A stretch of DNA of 25,981 nt from Stenomitos sp. (GTDB lineage: Bacteria; Cyanobacteriota; Sericytochromatia; S15B-MN24; UBA4093), in NCBI GenBank assembly GCA_036704085.1, contig DATNQJ010000601.1, positions 1 through 25,981 of the forward strand. The letters are read 5' to 3'. Position numbers and translations under genes: made by a program. Shown here piece by piece: positions 23,104-25,981 of this stretch. The notes beneath the pieces were generated by a model, which was not told where the DNA came from, did not search any database, and saw nothing but the letters and a program-made list of their open reading frames with translations. Each line of letters opens with the position of its first letter. The first letter of the stretch is position 1.

Positions 23104-25242
23104 GCTCGAGGAAGGCCCCAGCTCCAGGTGCCAGTGAGGCATCAGGACCGAGCTCTGGTAGACCCGCTCGAAGCCCCCTTCGGACATGGAGATGGTCTCG
23201 ACCGGGAAGCGCCACAGGGTGGCGGGCCGGTCCCAGCGCAGGTGGTAGTCGATGCCGTTGAAGGCATCCCGGATGCCCGCCTCGGTCACGCCGTGCAGCT
23301 CGCCCTTGGAGCCGAGGCGCGGGTCCTCGACGACCTTGCCCGGCACGTAGTAGTAGCGGTCGGGAGCGTTCCCCGCCAGGAAGTTGGCGTTGAACTCCAC
23401 GCCGAACCACAGGGACACCGGGCGGTCCTTGCCGTTGGTGAGGGTGTAGTCCACGTGCGTGATCGCCCCGCCCTCGCGCGCCACCGCAAAGCGCTTGGAC
23501 ACGGTGACGGGCCAGAACTCGGAGCCGACCCAGACGTGCCCCTCGCGCGAGAGCGTCAGGGCCACGCCATCCGCCGTCCGCTCGATGGAAGGGCGGTACT
23601 CCTGGTTCACGAAGTCGCCCTGCTCGCCAAAGCTCATGTTGTAGAAGGACTCGAGGTGGCTGTCCGGGTGCAGGAAGTGGTCCAGGAAGGATAGGCGACG
23701 GTACCAGTCGTGGAAGAGGAACTTCTCGAGCCCCTGCTCCTTGGTGAGCACCACGTCGTAGATGGCGCGGATGCTGCCCTCGCGCCGGAAGGCCTCGAGG
23801 GTGGTGGCGCGGGCGATCTTGCTGTGGTAGGCCTCATGGCGGCGGGCCAGGGTGTCCAGGACGTTGAAGGACGCGGGCTTGTAGTCCAGCTCGAAGAGCG
23901 CTCCGCCCTCGAGGTTGAAGTAGAGGTTCTGGTCCTTGGTCGAGATGAGGATCTCGGGCTTGCCGTCGCAGTCGAAGTCCTGCTCGCGGACCTCCAGGAA
24001 GTCCTCGCCCCGGTGGATGAGGCGATCGCAGATGGCCTCCGCCTTGATGAGGGCGCGGTAGTTGGCCGAGCGCAGGTGCGTCAGGTACAGGCCGCCGAAG
24101 ACGCCGTGCCAGTAGGGATCGTTGGACTGCCCCTGCCAGAGGGCCGTCTGGGCCTCATCCCAGTCGTCGGTCGCCTCGGACTCGACCGAGGCCGTGACCA
24201 GCTGCTCCACTCCGCTCGCCTCGGCGACCTTGTCGGCGACCAGCAGCATCTTCTTGTGGAGGTTGTTGCTTTCCGGGTAGCGCACCAGGAAGTTGCGCCA
24301 CATGCCGCCCCGCAGGAAGTGGACGTAGCGCTCGTTGACGTTGGTGAGGGCCTCGGCGTACGCGAGGGCCTCGTCGGGCGGCAGGGCCCACTCCTGCATC
24401 TGCACGTAGGTCGCAGAGGGCAGGTAGATGCGGCCGAAGGGCCGGCGCTCGCGCCGGTAGTCGTGCAGGGTGGTCGAGACGATCCAGTCCGAGTGCTCCT
24501 CGAGCAGCCCGAAGAGTCGATCCAGCCAGCCTTGCTCGAAGATGGCCTTGTGGGTGTTGGGCCAGACGCCGAACTTCTCGCCGTCGTCGAAGCAGAAGGC
24601 CAGGCGATTGCCGTCGGTCGAGGCATTGGCGCGCAGGTAGTCGATGACCCGCTCGGGCGGCGCGAAGGGAATGAGCCTCGACAGCTCGCTGTTGATGGGC
24701 ACCACCTCGAGGGTCTTGCCCTGCTCCTCGGTCTGATAGTAGCCCAAGAGCTGATGGCCGCGCAGGCCGGCCGCCCGGAAGATGGAGTCGTCGAGGGGCA
24801 TCCAGCGCACGCCCGAGTCCGCGATGAACTTGGTCAGGTGCGGCTCCCAGACCCTTTCGGCCAGCCAGAGGCCCTCGGGCATCTGGCCGAAGTTGTCGCG
24901 CAGCGTCCGGCTGAGGTGCCGGATCTGCATGACCTTGTCCTCGTCGGGGATGACCGCGAGCACCGGCGCGTAGAAGCCGCCCGTGACGAGCTCCGCCTGC
25001 CCCTTCTCGACCAGGAGCTTGACCCGGGCGATGAAGTCCGGATGGTGCTCCAGGAGCCACTCGAGCAAAAAGCCCGTGTAGTGCAGCATGACGCGCACCC
25101 CAGGATGCCGCTCGACGGTCTCGACGAACGGCAGGTAGCTCTGCTGGTACGCCTCTTCGATGACCCAGTCCCAGTTCCCGAAGGGCTGGTGACAGTGAAC
25201 CCCGAAGGCGAAGTTGATTTTTGGCTGATCAGAGAGAAGCAT
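23065..25242 (-). CDS. GH57 alpha-amylase / 4-alpha-glucanotransferase (AmyA type)
   Basis: HCHQP, nucleophile WLAERVWEP, acid/base DDGEKFG, YPESNNLHKKM, QSNDPYWHGVFGGLY, and a C-terminal beta-sandwich with SEGGFERVYQ. No signal peptide. Confidence 0.93.
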   Translation of the reverse strand: MLLSDQPKINFAFGVHCHQPFGNWDWVIEEAYQQSYLPFVETVERHPGVRVMLHYTGFLLEWLLEHHPDFIARVKLLVEKGQAELVTGGFYAPVLAVIPDEDKVMQIRHLSRTLRDNFGQMPEGLWLAERVWEPHLTKFIADSGVRWMPLDDSIFRAAGLRGHQLLGYYQTEEQGKTLEVVPINSELSRLIPFAPPERVIDYLRANASTDGNRLAFCFDDGEKFGVWPNTHKAIFEQGWLDRLFGLLEEHSDWIVSTTLHDYRRERRPFGRIYLPSATYVQMQEWALPPDEALAYAEALTNVNERYVHFLRGGMWRNFLVRYPESNNLHKKMLLVADKVAEASGVEQLVTASVESEATDDWDEAQTALWQGQSNDPYWHGVFGGLYLTHLRSANYRALIKAEAICDRLIHRGEDFLEVREQDFDCDGKPEILISTKDQNLYFNLEGGALFELDYKPASFNVLDTLARRHEAYHSKIARATTLEAFRREGSIRAIYDVVLTKEQGLEKFLFHDWYRRLSFLDHFLHPDSHLESFYNMSFGEQGDFVNQEYRPSIERTADGVALTLSREGHVWVGSEFWPVTVSKRFAVAREGGAITHVDYTLTNGKDRPVSLWFGVEFNANFLAGNAPDRYYYVPGKVVEDPRLGSKGELHGVTEAGIRDAFNGIDYHLRWDRPATLWRFPVETISMSEGGFERVYQSSVLMPHWHLELGPSSSLALRFEQHLSGL

Positions 25243-25278
25243 GCGAAGTCTTTTCAGCGTCCAGACGGCAACGACGCC

Positions 25279-25287
25279 ATGATACCA
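25279..25287 (-). promoter_or_regulatory. Extended -10 promoter of the GH57 gene
   Basis: Minus strand TGgTATCAT, 37 nt upstream of the ATG. Confidence 0.45.
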
Positions 25288-25324
25288 CTCGGGGGACCCG
25301 GCACCAAAGCGGATAGGGTCGCGC

Positions 25325-25981
25325 TCAGCGGGTCGAGACCATCTTCAGGACCACGTTGCCCACGATTTCGAGGCTGCGGGGCGAACACTCGGCGGGCAGG
25401 TCGTGGACCGTGTGCCACTGACCGTAATCGAAGTCGATCAGGTCCACGAAGGGCACCCCCGCGTCGAGGAAGGGGAGGTGGTCGTCGAAGATGTCGGGTC
25501 CGACCCGGTTCTCGAAGACGCTGCCGTAGCCAAGGCGCTGGGCCGTGGCGTAGACCTTGTCCGTGAGGCCCCGGGCCTGACGGCTCGAGAAGGCCTCGCG
25601 CGGCAGGTGCAGGTCACGATCGCCCACCATGTCGAGCAGGATGCCCCACGTGGGCAGGCTCGACCGGTGGCGCCCCACGTAGTCGCGCGCGCCGTAGAAC
25701 ATGGTCTCCAGGGTCTCGCCCCAATCCTCGCCGTCGAAGAGCACCAGGCGCACCTCGCGCGGCGGGGGGGCTGCGTGCAGGGCGCGCGCCACCTCGAGCA
25801 GCACGGCCACTCCCGAGGCGCCGTCGTTGGCGCCGGGCGTCGGCTGCTGCCGGTGCTCCGGGTGCGCGTCCTCTTCCGAGCGCGGGCGACTGTCCCAGTG
25901 CGCGGCGAGCATGGCCGGATCACCCTGGCCGGCGCCGAAGGTCGCCACCACGTTGGTCATGCGCACGGTCCGGGTCCCGTC
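25325..25981 (-). CDS. M28 family metallo-enzyme, glutaminyl-cyclase-like, 5'-partial
   Basis: AAHWDSRP, GANDGASGVAVLLE, FDGEDWG, LLDMVG, DDHLPF and WHT..D. The frame stays open to the window end (DGTRTVRMTNVV). Confidence 0.88.
   Translation of the reverse strand, partial: DGTRTVRMTNVVATFGAGQGDPAMLAAHWDSRPRSEEDAHPEHRQQPTPGANDGASGVAVLLEVARALHAAPPPREVRLVLFDGEDWGETLETMFYGARDYVGRHRSSLPTWGILLDMVGDRDLHLPREAFSSRQARGLTDKVYATAQRLGYGSVFENRVGPDIFDDHLPFLDAGVPFVDLIDFDYGQWHTVHDLPAECSPRSLEIVGNVVLKMVSTR

Noticed and set aside
1-25981. CRISPR array, IS/transposase, integrase, toxin-antitoxin or known anti-phage defence genes
   Set aside because: No regularly spaced repeats and no corresponding protein motifs were found by eye. 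Very divergent small elements could have been missed without HMM searches.

Overview
A high-GC bacterial chromosomal window, mostly housekeeping and cell-envelope genes. The mix of a cyanobacterial-type SLH porin, an ispA/crtE-DUF212 pair, SpoVS, DUF4127 and tandem IPT/TIG lipoproteins suggests a diderm Terrabacteria lineage, possibly non-photosynthetic Cyanobacteriota relatives such as Sericytochromatia; this is inference and was not checked by search. Gene order: two paralogous IPT/TIG surface proteins (the first cut by the window edge); an orphan histidine kinase; ndk; split transketolase; DUF4127; spoVS; nadK-tlyA-DUF212-ispA; an unknown beta-barrel protein, an SLH porin and a clan GH-A hydrolase; a divergent MqnA-like protein; a dihaem cytochrome c lipoprotein; a proteobacterial-style aldehyde dehydrogenase; an MmcQ/YjbR gene remnant; tRNA-Leu(CAG); lgt; a C39-like peptidase; a GH57 glucanotransferase; and a partial M28/glutaminyl-cyclase-like gene. 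No CRISPR array, integrase, transposase or known defence gene was seen. Best leads: (1) the tandem lipoprotein/IPT family, with a nested variable-looking tip and a C-(YDxx)4 loop; (2) an MqnA homologue whose family motifs all look altered; (3) a decayed insertion scar at tRNA-Leu; (4) a structured spoVS leader; (5) a QC-like enzyme with a candidate Gln-starting secreted substrate in the same window. Several start codons were re-called from the ORF track using ribosome-binding sites.
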